A stretch of 64,000 bases of DNA. Origin: Candidatus Gottesmanbacteria bacterium. GTDB lineage: Bacteria > Patescibacteriota > Microgenomatia > UBA10105 > UBA927. The notes beneath the pieces were generated by a model that was given only the letters and a program-made list of their open reading frames with translations, searched no databases and was not told where the DNA came from. Numbering within the stretch: position 1 is the stretch's first letter; each line of letters begins with the position of its first letter. The stretch covers positions 44,714 through 108,713 of the forward strand of contig JAUXTO010000042.1 of the NCBI GenBank assembly GCA_030679255.1, in the 5' to 3' direction. The position numbers and the translations under genes were made by a program. This document shows, piece after piece, positions 39,700 through 49,600 of the stretch.

Positions 39700-40395
39700 A
39701 TGTTGATTTTATTACATGGTGATCATATCGTCGCTTCCCGCGCTGCACTGACCGAGCGTATTGACGAGGCTAAAAAGCAGGGGAAGGAAATCCGTCAGCT
39801 TGACGGCAACGCTGTCGATGCGCCGTCTCTGACCCAAGCGCTTGAATCCTCGTCTCTATTTGGGGGAATCGTACTCGTCGTCATCGAAGGATTACTCACG
39901 AAACTGGGAAAAAAAGAGAAGCAGGCGGTACAACTTACTGATATCATCAAGCGGTCGGGAGAATCCGGAGATATTATTCTCTGGGAAGGAAAAGAGATTG
40001 GCAAAATCCTTACGGGATTACTGGGAACAAAGACTTCCATCCAATTATTTAAAACTCCGGTCGTTATATTTAAATTCCTGGACGGTGTTGCTCCGGGTCG
40101 GGCACCCGGGCTATTATCGCTCTTCGGTGAAGCGCTCGCGGTAGACGCTCCCGAGCTTATTTTTACCTTGCTCGTCCGACGCGTACGGCAACTTATCCAA
40201 TTACGGGATAATGTGACGCCGGATGGACTCCAGGGGTGGCAGGCTGGGCGTTTGACAAGCCAAGCCAAGTCCTTTACCATGGATAAACTTCTCTCTATGG
40301 AGAAAAATCTTCTTGATATTGATGTCTCCATCAAAACCGGCACCTCGCCGTTTCCCCTCGCACAACAACTCGAATTATTTATTGTCGACCTTTAA
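39700..40395 (+). CDS. holA: Short DNA polymerase III delta subunit (HolA-like)
   Basis: ILLHGD, SSLFG, IFKFLD, DIDVSIKTG..LELFI. Confidence 0.7.
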   Translation: MLILLHGDHIVASRAALTERIDEAKKQGKEIRQLDGNAVDAPSLTQALESSSLFGGIVLVVIEGLLTKLGKKEKQAVQLTDIIKRSGESGDIILWEGKEIGKILTGLLGTKTSIQLFKTPVVIFKFLDGVAPGRAPGLLSLFGEALAVDAPELIFTLLVRRVRQLIQLRDNVTPDGLQGWQAGRLTSQAKSFTMDKLLSMEKNLLDIDVSIKTGTSPFPLAQQLELFIVDL

Positions 40396-40483
40396 GTTAG
40401 ATTGGATTTTTCAAGAGATGTATGTTGCAAGATGCGGTCGCATCTAATTATATACAGGCCTATACTGTAAAAGGAGGAAAAAT

Positions 40484-41902
40484 ATGAATGCAAAAATTCC
40501 TGATCATGTATTCCGAGGATATGATTTGCGCGGACTCGTGGGAAGCGAGCTTAATGAGGAAACGGTTGCGCTATTGGGTAAAGGCTACGCGACGTGGCTT
40601 CTGGAGCGGCGTATTTATGATTGTGTTTTGGGCTTTGATTGCCGGCTCACCGGTCCAACATTCCGTGATGTGATGGTTCGGGAATTAACGAGCGCGGGTA
40701 TCACAGTATTTGACATCGGCATGACGCTTTCGCAAATAGCCTATTTTGCCGGTTACTTTTTTCGTACGCGCGGGATGGTGATGATAACGGCTTCCCATAA
40801 TCCCAAGGAATATAACGGATTTAAATTTGGAACTGGGTATTCAGAGACCATGTTGACGGATGAGGTCATTGCTCTGCGGGATCTTGTCAAATCCGGGAAA
40901 TTTAAGACGCGGCTACCAGTCGGTAAACACATTCGACAGGATATTAAAAAAGAGTATAGTGACGATCTCATGCGGCGCGTAGACACAATTGGAAAATTTA
41001 AAGTCGTCGTCGATTCCTGTGCCGCAACGACAGGTATTTTTCTTCCCGATATATTGCGCCGTGTCGGATGCGAGGTCATCGAGCAAAACACGACTCCGGA
41101 TGGTAATTTTCCGGTAGGCACTCCGGATCCGACCGAGCGAGACGTGCAGGAGCGCCTTGCCAAACGAGTGAAAATAGAGAAAGCGGATCTGGGGTTTTCG
41201 TATGATTGTGATGGAGACCGGATCGGTGTCGTAGACGGGCAAGGAAATCTTATTTGGAATGACACATTAGTTTCTCTTTTTGCCAAGGACATTCTTACTT
41301 CATTGCCGGGCGCTAAAATCGTATACAACGCGCTTTGCTCCAAGCAAGTTGATGATGTGGTTCGCGGAGCCGGTGGTAAACCCGTCATGTGGCTCACCGG
41401 TCATTCCTTTATAAAAGCCAAAGTCCGTGAAGAACACGCGCCGTTTGGTGGCGAGCTTTCCGGACATATGTATTTCGTTGATAATTTTTACGGGCATGAC
41501 GATGGGGCAATAGCTTCCCTTCGACTCCTCGCGTACCTTACACGAATCGGTAAATCTCTTAAAGAAGCGATCAGTGATCTTCCCAAATACATTTCGAGCC
41601 CGGAAATCAAATTAGGCTGCCCGGACGCAGTAAAATTTGATCTCGTGAACCAAAAAATTGGCGGGGAAATCAAGAAACTTTACCCTGATGCACGTTATAC
41701 GGAGATCGATGGCGTTCGCATGGATACGATGGATGAAATGCTTATCGTACGCGCTTCGCAAAACGGTCCGTATCTGACCGTCAAATTCGAGGCAAAGGTG
41801 CAAGCGCAATATGATCTATTACGTCAACAGGTTAGCGAAATTTTGCATCGCTACCGTGAAGTAGATTTTACCAAAGGCGTCAATACAGATTCTCTACAAT
41901 GA
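40484..41902 (+). CDS. Phosphomannomutase/phosphoglucomutase
   Basis: FRGYDLRG, TASHNP, DCDGDR, GELSGH. Confidence 0.95.
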   Translation: MNAKIPDHVFRGYDLRGLVGSELNEETVALLGKGYATWLLERRIYDCVLGFDCRLTGPTFRDVMVRELTSAGITVFDIGMTLSQIAYFAGYFFRTRGMVMITASHNPKEYNGFKFGTGYSETMLTDEVIALRDLVKSGKFKTRLPVGKHIRQDIKKEYSDDLMRRVDTIGKFKVVVDSCAATTGIFLPDILRRVGCEVIEQNTTPDGNFPVGTPDPTERDVQERLAKRVKIEKADLGFSYDCDGDRIGVVDGQGNLIWNDTLVSLFAKDILTSLPGAKIVYNALCSKQVDDVVRGAGGKPVMWLTGHSFIKAKVREEHAPFGGELSGHMYFVDNFYGHDDGAIASLRLLAYLTRIGKSLKEAISDLPKYISSPEIKLGCPDAVKFDLVNQKIGGEIKKLYPDARYTEIDGVRMDTMDEMLIVRASQNGPYLTVKFEAKVQAQYDLLRQQVSEILHRYREVDFTKGVNTDSLQ

Positions 41903-42714
41903 GCGCTACATATTATCAACAACTGCAAAAAGATGCGGAGTTTATAGTCCAGCGCGCCGCCATATTGCTTCGACGCTACCAACAGAAGGCAACCATTGTC
42001 GTACAAAAAGACATCGGAGATTTTGCGACGACTGCTGATCTGGCATCAGAATCGCTTATCAGAGCATATATTCATAAAAGATATCCTACCCATAGCATCT
42101 ATGGTGAAGAGGGAGGACTCGAGGATAATCAGTCAGAATACGAGTGGATTATCGATCCATTGGACGGCACCAAGGAATATGCCCGCGGTGTCAAAGAATA
42201 TAACTGTTTGATTGCGGTGGAACATGATAAAAAACTCGTTGTTGGGGTCATCCGGCGAGCTGGATTAGATGAGCTGTATAGTGCAGTGGTCCGGCAGGGC
42301 GCAAAAAAAGATGGGAAAACAATCGGGGTTTCGAAGATAAGAGATTTACCGATATCCCACGTTGGGTACCATCTACCGGTCGGGATGCCACGATTTGAGC
42401 GAGCACGAACCGAGAAACATTTTTCTTTGTTAAAGGAATTGACATTTATGTGCTACCGGCTCCGTCCGAGTTGGGATGATGCGAAGTCACTCGGATATGT
42501 CGCAAGTGGTGTCATCGAGGCTCATATTATCCCCGCCGAACTTCCCAATGCGTGGCATGATCTTGCCGCAGGATTGCTTCTCGTGCAGGAAGCAGGCGGC
42601 CGCGTCACCCACCTGGATGGGAGTGAACTCAAAACTCATGACATGAGTAGAGGCTTTTTGGCAAGTAATGGTTTGGTTCATGATAAACTTATACAGTTAA
42701 TAGGAAAGGACTAA
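41899..42714 (+). CDS. Inositol monophosphatase family protein
   Basis: GEE, WIIDPLDGT, WHDLAAG.LLVQEAGG. Confidence 0.9.
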   Translation: MSATYYQQLQKDAEFIVQRAAILLRRYQQKATIVVQKDIGDFATTADLASESLIRAYIHKRYPTHSIYGEEGGLEDNQSEYEWIIDPLDGTKEYARGVKEYNCLIAVEHDKKLVVGVIRRAGLDELYSAVVRQGAKKDGKTIGVSKIRDLPISHVGYHLPVGMPRFERARTEKHFSLLKELTFMCYRLRPSWDDAKSLGYVASGVIEAHIIPAELPNAWHDLAAGLLLVQEAGGRVTHLDGSELKTHDMSRGFLASNGLVHDKLIQLIGKD

Positions 42715-42716
42715 GT

Positions 42717-43160
42717 ATGGCAGGAGGATTTGATCCGAAAAAATTTTCTATAACACCGTTTCAAAAACGGGTGGAGAAGCCGTGGGGGTATGAAATTATT
42801 TATACACCGGATGATGCGCCCGCGACGGGCAAAATTCTCCATGTGAACGCCGGAAAGCGGCTGAGTCTCCAATATCATGATGTGAAACGGGAGACCTTAT
42901 GCCTCATCAATGGAGAGGGGAACATCACGCTCAGCAATGACCACGATGAAACGGTAGAGATTCCCATGGAACTTTACAAGGGATATCATGTCACCCCAGG
43001 ACAAGTACATCGCGTCACGGCGGTCACGGATATGGATTTTATCGAAGCATCAACACCGGAATTGGGTAACACTTTCCGGCTTCAGGATGATAATAACAGA
43101 CCGACGGAGACAGAAGCATTACGGAAAGAAGATAATCGTGGATGGAAAAATGGAACATAG
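42717..43160 (+). CDS. Cupin, mannose-6-phosphate isomerase type II-like
   Basis: KPWGYE, RLSLQYH..KRET, PGQVHR, EASTPE. Confidence 0.85.
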   Translation: MAGGFDPKKFSITPFQKRVEKPWGYEIIYTPDDAPATGKILHVNAGKRLSLQYHDVKRETLCLINGEGNITLSNDHDETVEIPMELYKGYHVTPGQVHRVTAVTDMDFIEASTPELGNTFRLQDDNNRPTETEALRKEDNRGWKNGT

Positions 43161-43184
43161 TTAATTTTTTAAAGGAGGATCGTT

Positions 43185-43790
43185 ATGAACGTTGATTTTA
43201 CATTTGTCCCTAAGCATTATGCGGCAAGGACGCATGAAAAAATGCAGGAAGTGCTCATGGATCCGGCGGGCCGCGGTCCGGCGATCCATTACTACATGAT
43301 CCGCGGAGGCGTGGCCCAAAAGAATATCACTGTTTGGGAACCGGGCACTGTAAGCGGAGAATATATCAAAACGTACGGTCACTACCACGTAGGGAAGCTC
43401 GATGAAACGTATTGGGTGCTTTTTGGCGAAGGAGTAGCGCTTCTCCAAAAGCTTGCGCTGGATGCTCAAGGCGCTATGATACCGGAAGTCGTCGAGGAAT
43501 TTAAGGCGATCCGGGTAAAAGCAGGTGATAGCGTGTATATGCCGGAAGGATATGGGCATCTCGTCGCTAATGTAGGTCCGACGTATTTTGTGACGGCCGA
43601 TGATAGTCCGGTCAATTTTGACGAAGCGAATGCAGTAAGCATGCCCGGACACGCGGATTACGAACCCGTCAAAAAGATGCAGGGTTTTGCGTACTATGTG
43701 GTCGAGTACGAAGGTAAACCGGCACTCAAGAAGAATCCAAAATATAACGAGGTAAAAAAAGAGGACTACGGCGGTCTGCTACTCGTTTAG
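43185..43790 (+). CDS. Cupin-type (archaeal-like) glucose-6-phosphate isomerase
   Basis: GEYIKTYGHYH..ETY..GEG..LLQ, PEGYGH..N, GFAYYV. Confidence 0.85.
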   Translation: MNVDFTFVPKHYAARTHEKMQEVLMDPAGRGPAIHYYMIRGGVAQKNITVWEPGTVSGEYIKTYGHYHVGKLDETYWVLFGEGVALLQKLALDAQGAMIPEVVEEFKAIRVKAGDSVYMPEGYGHLVANVGPTYFVTADDSPVNFDEANAVSMPGHADYEPVKKMQGFAYYVVEYEGKPALKKNPKYNEVKKEDYGGLLLV

Positions 43791-43843
43791 TTCTGAAAAC
43801 TGACCCCTTGAATTTTCTGCTCCATCCGCTAGAGTAAACGCAT

Positions 43844-44113
43844 ATGCTTACGAAAAAAGACATCACGTTACTTATAGTGACGATGAAGGAAGTCTTTGCA
43901 ACGAAAGATGACCTTAAAGCTCTAGAAAGTCGCATGAACGATCGTTTCGCAACCAAGAACGACATGCTTGAGTTTAAGGATGCTATTTTACACGAAATAG
44001 TTAAGATGCGCGATGAAGTCGCCATCGTTGGCGGCCAACGCGATATGCTTGAGGATCATGAACTGCGAATAGAAACGGTCGAAAAACATCTTCACATTCA
44101 ACCCGGCGTGTAG
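43844..44113 (+). CDS. Small coiled-coil hypothetical protein
   Basis: FATKDDL/FATKNDM repeats, HELRIETVE. Confidence 0.7.
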   Translation: MLTKKDITLLIVTMKEVFATKDDLKALESRMNDRFATKNDMLEFKDAILHEIVKMRDEVAIVGGQRDMLEDHELRIETVEKHLHIQPGV

Positions 44114-44158
44114 GTGTTGCCAGTTGATAAATCTTCAAATATTCTCCATACTAAATAT

Positions 44159-46453
44159 ATGCTACCCAAATTTGTTGTTTGGTTTAACGAAGTAGACAAG
44201 GAAGATATTCCTCTTGTGGGCGGCAAGGGGGCAAATTTAGGCGAGATGACCAAGGCGGGGTTTCCGGTGCCGGGAGGATTCATTGTCACCTCTGCGGCAT
44301 ATAAACATTTTCTCGACGTGACCCATTTGCGGTCGAAAATCGAATCAGCACTGCATAATTTGGATGTCAGTGACAGCAAAAGACTCGACATGGTGTCTCA
44401 AGCTGTCCGCGAGCTTATCACCGGCTCCGAATTTCCCCGCGAAATTGCCAATGAAGTGATTACTGCCTATTTCAAGCTCGATGAAGGATTAGTCAAGCAC
44501 GCTATGGTTGCCGTACGGTCATCGGCAACCGCTGAGGATCTACCCGGCGCATCATTTGCCGGTCAACAGGAAACGTTTCTCAATGTGTATGGGGAGGCCA
44601 ATCTCATTGAAAAGATTAAAGAAGCCTGGGCATCGCTCTTTACTTCCCGTGCTATTTTTTACCGGGCGACAAATAAATTTGATCACTTCAGAGTCGCGAT
44701 AGCTATCCCCGTACAACGCATGATTGAATCGGCCGCCTCCGGCATCATGTTTACGATTGATCCAGTGACGAATGATAAGAGCGTCATTGTCATTGAAGCG
44801 ATCCATGGATTGGGTGAAATGATCGTGCAAGGAGCCGTCACCCCGGACCACTACGAAGTGGATAAGGCTACGTTTGCGATCAAAATGAAAACCGTCAAAA
44901 CACAGGAAAAAAAGATGGTGAAGAAGGGAAATGGGAATGAAATTAAAATTATCAGTAAAAAAGATGGTTCGAAACAAAAAATTAGCGATGCGCACATTGT
45001 CGCTCTTGCCAAAATTGCCAAAAAGCTTGAAGAGCATTATTTCTTTCCGCAGGACAGTGAATGGGCGATCGAAAAGGACAAGATTTACATCGTGCAAACC
45101 CGTCCGGTGACGACGACGGGGAAACAGTCGTCAGTCGTCAGTCGTCAGTCTTCAGACAGTCTGATAGCTGATAGCAGAAAGCTGACAGCTTTATTAAAAG
45201 GAGACCCTGCGAGCCCCGGTATGGCCAGCGGTCCGGTGAAAATACTTTCTTCTCCCAAAGAGATCCATAAAGTGATGGCGGGAGATGTGTTGGTTGCTGA
45301 GATGACCAATCCGGATTATGTCCCCGCTATGCGTAAAGCAGTTGCTATCCTCACTGAACGCGGAGGAAGGACTTCCCACGCGGCGATCGTATCGCGGGAA
45401 CTGGGAATTCCGGCCGTCGTCGGCGCGAAAGGAGCAAAAAAGCTCCTGAAAGACGGTATGATCATCACGGTCAATGGAAGTACGGGAGAGGTTTACCGCG
45501 GAGCGGTACGATCAAATACTACAAATACTACCAATACTACCAACGAAAAAAATTCGAAAATTAAAACGGCGACGAAGGTATATGTCAATCTCGCCGAACC
45601 CAGTCGCGCCAAAGAAGTCTCAAAATTACATGTGGATGGGGTTGGGCTACTTCGGGCTGAATTTATGATGGCGGGTATCGGGACACACCCCAAAAAGTTT
45701 ATTGAAGACAAAAAACAAGCGCTGTTTGTATCCCAGTTGTCCGAGGGTATGGGGACTATTTGTGAAGCGTTTTCCCCCAGGCCGGTCATCTACCGGGCGT
45801 CGGACTTTCGGACCAATGAATTCCGTAATCTCAAAGGCGGCAAAGCATATGAACCCGCTGAGGATAATCCGATGTTGGGATTCCGCGGGGCAGCCCGCTA
45901 TATCGCTGACCCAAGGGTTTTTGAACTTGAACTGGAGGCCATCAAGGTTGTGCGGAACAAAAGAGGCTTCAAAAATTTACATCTCATGATTCCGTTTGTC
46001 CGGTCTCCCAAAGAAATGCTCGAGGTCAAGCAAATTGTGGCAGGGAATGGTCTTATCCGCTCATCGAACTTTAAATTGTGGATGATGGTCGAAATTCCGA
46101 CCAACGTTATCCTCATCGAGGATTATCTGGACATCGGACTCGATGGAATATCCTTTGGATCGAATGATTTGACCATGCTTATTTTGGGGACGGACCGGGA
46201 TAATAGCGAAGTTGCCCATGACTTCCGGGAAACGGATCCGGCTGTCATGTGGGCATTTGAACGCGTCATAAAGGCTTGTGTCAAACGGGGCGTGACGACT
46301 TCTATGTGCGGACAGGCGCCGTCCGATTATCCGGATCTTGTGGAAAAGCTTGTTGAGTGGGGAGCGACCAGTGTCTCGGTGAATATCGATAGCGTTGATA
46401 ATGTCCGCCGGACGATTGCAGAAGCGGAAAAGAAGAGAGTCAATAAAGTCTGA
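44159..46453 (+). CDS. ppsA: Phosphoenolpyruvate synthase
   Basis: VGGKGANLGEM, VRSSATAED, GGRTSHAAI (phospho-His), GSNDLT, CGQAPS. Confidence 0.96.
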   Translation: MLPKFVVWFNEVDKEDIPLVGGKGANLGEMTKAGFPVPGGFIVTSAAYKHFLDVTHLRSKIESALHNLDVSDSKRLDMVSQAVRELITGSEFPREIANEVITAYFKLDEGLVKHAMVAVRSSATAEDLPGASFAGQQETFLNVYGEANLIEKIKEAWASLFTSRAIFYRATNKFDHFRVAIAIPVQRMIESAASGIMFTIDPVTNDKSVIVIEAIHGLGEMIVQGAVTPDHYEVDKATFAIKMKTVKTQEKKMVKKGNGNEIKIISKKDGSKQKISDAHIVALAKIAKKLEEHYFFPQDSEWAIEKDKIYIVQTRPVTTTGKQSSVVSRQSSDSLIADSRKLTALLKGDPASPGMASGPVKILSSPKEIHKVMAGDVLVAEMTNPDYVPAMRKAVAILTERGGRTSHAAIVSRELGIPAVVGAKGAKKLLKDGMIITVNGSTGEVYRGAVRSNTTNTTNTTNEKNSKIKTATKVYVNLAEPSRAKEVSKLHVDGVGLLRAEFMMAGIGTHPKKFIEDKKQALFVSQLSEGMGTICEAFSPRPVIYRASDFRTNEFRNLKGGKAYEPAEDNPMLGFRGAARYIADPRVFELELEAIKVVRNKRGFKNLHLMIPFVRSPKEMLEVKQIVAGNGLIRSSNFKLWMMVEIPTNVILIEDYLDIGLDGISFGSNDLTMLILGTDRDNSEVAHDFRETDPAVMWAFERVIKACVKRGVTTSMCGQAPSDYPDLVEKLVEWGATSVSVNIDSVDNVRRTIAEAEKKRVNKV

Positions 46454-46527
46454 AAGTCTATAAAGTCTATAAAGTCTATAAAGTCTAATGTTCTTTTTCG
46501 ACTTTCGACTTTCGACTTTAGGGACTT
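46443..46527. repeat. (TAAAGTCTA)n / (GACTTTC)n intergenic microsatellite with inverted arms
   Basis: Fills the ppsA-eno gap. Confidence 0.7.
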
Positions 46528-46532
46528 ATTGT

Positions 46533-47804
46533 ATGTCTACCAAAATTTACACCATCATTGCGCGGGAAATTCTTGATTCCCGTGGTAATCCGACGATAGA
46601 AACTATGGTAATCCTCGAAAGCGGATACCGTGGCGTTGCGGCGGTTCCTGCCGGGACATCACTCGGAAAATATGAAGCGAAGGAGCTGCGCGACGGCGAT
46701 GGCGCACGCTATTATGGCATGGGTGTATTAAAGGCGGTCAATGCGGTCAACACGACGATCGTATCGAAGCTGCGTGGTATGGACGCTCTCGACCAAGCGG
46801 GGATTGACCAGGCGATGATTGTCCTGGACGGTACGGAAGATAAATCTAAACTTGGGGCCAATAGCATCCTCAGTGTCTCGCTGGGTGTCGCTGCTAGTGC
46901 GGCCGCCGCGTCGCGCATCCCTCTCTACCGGTACCTGAATACACTCTTTACTCCGCTTGTGCCGACGACCCTTGCAAAAATTCCCACGCCGACGGTCAAT
47001 GTCATAAACGGCGGCAAGCACGGCGCCGGTAATTTAGATTTTCAGGAATTTCAGGTGATACCGGCGAGTAATCGTAGTTTCACGGATGCGCTCCGGCTTG
47101 CCGTGGAAGTCTACCAAAAACTCAAAGGGATACTCCAATACCGTAATGCCTCGACTGCTGTGGGATATGAAGGCGGGTTTGCGCCAAATCTCTATACCAA
47201 TATCGATGCGATGCAGCTTCTTCAGGAAGCGGTGCGCGCCACACCATACCGGTTTGGTGTCGACGTTTTTTTTGGGCTCGATGTAGCGTCCAGTCATTTT
47301 AAAACAGCCCGTGGGTACCAGATAAAAGATAAGGAGACTCCGATGAGTCCCAAGGATTTTGTTACTTATCTGGCAGATCTCCATAAAAATTACCGCCTGC
47401 TTATTCTTGAAGACGCGCTTGATGAAGATGATTGGGAGGGCTGGATGGAACTCACCGCCCGGTTTGGTGCTGAGGTGATGATCGTCGGAGATGATTTGCT
47501 TGCGACGAACCCCAAACGGCTCGAGAAGGCGATTGCCCAAAAAGCATGTACCACGATACTCCTCAAACCCAATCAAATCGGCACACTCACCGAATTTTTC
47601 CGTGTGGTCGCTATGGCCAAAAAAAATCATATTCAAACCATTGTTTCCCATAGGAGCGGTGAGACCAATGATGCGTTTATTGCCGATCTCGGCGTTGCCG
47701 TACAGGCCGACTATGTCAAATTCGGCGGCCCCACTCGTGGAGAGAGAGTAGCCAAATATAACCGTTTGTTGCAGATAGAAGCAGAGCTATTTTCACAAAA
47801 ATAA
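46533..47804 (+). CDS. eno: Enolase
   Basis: REILDSRGNPT, NGGKH, VGDDL, KPNQIG, SHRSGET, AKYNRLL. Confidence 0.96.
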   Translation: MSTKIYTIIAREILDSRGNPTIETMVILESGYRGVAAVPAGTSLGKYEAKELRDGDGARYYGMGVLKAVNAVNTTIVSKLRGMDALDQAGIDQAMIVLDGTEDKSKLGANSILSVSLGVAASAAAASRIPLYRYLNTLFTPLVPTTLAKIPTPTVNVINGGKHGAGNLDFQEFQVIPASNRSFTDALRLAVEVYQKLKGILQYRNASTAVGYEGGFAPNLYTNIDAMQLLQEAVRATPYRFGVDVFFGLDVASSHFKTARGYQIKDKETPMSPKDFVTYLADLHKNYRLLILEDALDEDDWEGWMELTARFGAEVMIVGDDLLATNPKRLEKAIAQKACTTILLKPNQIGTLTEFFRVVAMAKKNHIQTIVSHRSGETNDAFIADLGVAVQADYVKFGGPTRGERVAKYNRLLQIEAELFSQK

Positions 47805-47947
47805 GCACATGTGTGTATAAATTCCAAGCATCAAGCGCCAAGCACCAAACAAACGAATACAAGCACCAATATACAAACGTTTAGAATTTGGAATTTTGAT
47901 ATTGGAATTTGTTTGGTAATTGGAATTTGGTACTTGATGCTTTTTTT
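47803..47947. repeat. Heptamer-based inverted-repeat element (copy 3)
   Basis: 47819-47878 is nearly the reverse complement of 34184-34243. Confidence 0.78.
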
Positions 47948-49588
47948 ATGGTCAAACCAGTTGTCCTCATTGTTTTAGATGGTTGGGGTCTCGCGCCCCC
48001 CGGGCCCGGGAACGCCATTAGTCTCGCGCATCTTTCGGCGATGCCCTTTCTTTGGCACACCTACCCCCATACACAACTTGCCGCATCCGGCGAAGCAGTC
48101 GGCCTACCGTACGGCGAAGATGGGAATACAGAAACCGGACACATCAATATCGGAGCCGGACGCACCGTTTATCAGGATCTTCCGCGTATTTCTATGGCGG
48201 TCAAAGACGGAAGTTTTTTCACCAATGATGCACTCCTTGCCGCCGTATCCCACGCGCGGACTAATCACTCTGCTATTCATCTTATGGGAGTGGTGTCTGA
48301 CGGCGGGGTCCATGCAAGCCGCGAGCATGTGTATGCAATTCTCGAGCTCATTAAGAAGCAGCAGTGCGAGAGTCCCGTCTATATCCATGTATTTACGGAT
48401 GGCAGGGACGCTTCTCCTACATCAGGCGAGCGGTTTGTCGGTGAATTAGAAGACCGGATACATGCCCTTGGGGTGGGTCAGATTGCGACCATCATCGGCC
48501 GGTATTTTGCGATGGACCGTGACCGTCGGTGGGACCGGACGGAGCGGGCGTATCGAGCGCTTACCGAAATAGACGGAGGAACGATTGCCGTGTCGGCAAC
48601 CATTGCAATCCGGGATTCCTATGCGCGTCATGTGACCGATGAATTTATCGAGCCGGTCATTATCGCAGATACGTCCGGCAATCCATTACCGAGAATTCAG
48701 GATAATGATGCGGTGATTTGTTTTAATTTCCGTATTGACCGGCCGCGCCAATTGACGCGCGCACTCGTGCTTCCGAACTTTGAGACGGTAGAGCCCTCGA
48801 CCGCGTTTGATCCTTATGCGGTCAAATATTATCACCGCCATGTGGTCCTTCAAGATGACCGTGCTCATCCGTTTACCCGGTCTGTCGTCCGGAAAAACCT
48901 GTTCGTGGTCACCATGACTCAATACGAACCAAATCTTCCTGTGAGTGTCGCATTTCCGCCTCAAAAGGTATTTGCCCCACTGGGAAGTGTATTTGCTGAC
49001 CATAAAATTCGACAGCTGCGCGTCTCAGAAACGGAAAAGGAGCGCTTTGTCACCTACTATTTTAATGGTATGCGTGAAGTCGCCTACGAGAGGGAGGACC
49101 GGCTTATCATTCCATCAGTGAACGTCCCCACGTATGATTTGAAGCCGGAGATGGCAGCTCTCGAGCTCACCGAACACGTGTTACACCGTATCGTCATTGG
49201 GGTATATGGATTTATCCTCATTAATTTTGCAAATCCTGATATGGTTGCCCATACCGGAAATATCGCGGCTTCGGTCAAGGCATGCGAAGTAACCGATTCC
49301 TGTCTGGGATCTATCGTCAAGGCAGTTATGGCTCAAGACGGCACTTGCGTCATCACCGCGGATCATGGTAACGTGGAAGAGATGCTTGGGGTCGGTGGAG
49401 AAATGGACACCGAGCATTCGACGTTTTCCGTTCCTTTCATTATGGTACATTCCTCGTTACAGGGGTATCCACAAGTGCTTTCTACTGGCAAATTGGGAGA
49501 TATAGCTCCCACCATCCTCTCTCACATGCATCTCCCTATTCCTCCGGAAATGACCGGTAAAAATTTATTACAGGATTTTTCTTTGTAA
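47948..49588 (+). CDS. gpmI: 2,3-bisphosphoglycerate-independent phosphoglycerate mutase
   Basis: LIVLDGWG, SDGGVH, GRYFAMDRD, NPDMVAHTG, TADHGN. Confidence 0.95.
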   Translation: MVKPVVLIVLDGWGLAPPGPGNAISLAHLSAMPFLWHTYPHTQLAASGEAVGLPYGEDGNTETGHINIGAGRTVYQDLPRISMAVKDGSFFTNDALLAAVSHARTNHSAIHLMGVVSDGGVHASREHVYAILELIKKQQCESPVYIHVFTDGRDASPTSGERFVGELEDRIHALGVGQIATIIGRYFAMDRDRRWDRTERAYRALTEIDGGTIAVSATIAIRDSYARHVTDEFIEPVIIADTSGNPLPRIQDNDAVICFNFRIDRPRQLTRALVLPNFETVEPSTAFDPYAVKYYHRHVVLQDDRAHPFTRSVVRKNLFVVTMTQYEPNLPVSVAFPPQKVFAPLGSVFADHKIRQLRVSETEKERFVTYYFNGMREVAYEREDRLIIPSVNVPTYDLKPEMAALELTEHVLHRIVIGVYGFILINFANPDMVAHTGNIAASVKACEVTDSCLGSIVKAVMAQDGTCVITADHGNVEEMLGVGGEMDTEHSTFSVPFIMVHSSLQGYPQVLSTGKLGDIAPTILSHMHLPIPPEMTGKNLLQDFSL

Positions 49589-49600
49589 GAAAGGAACAGT

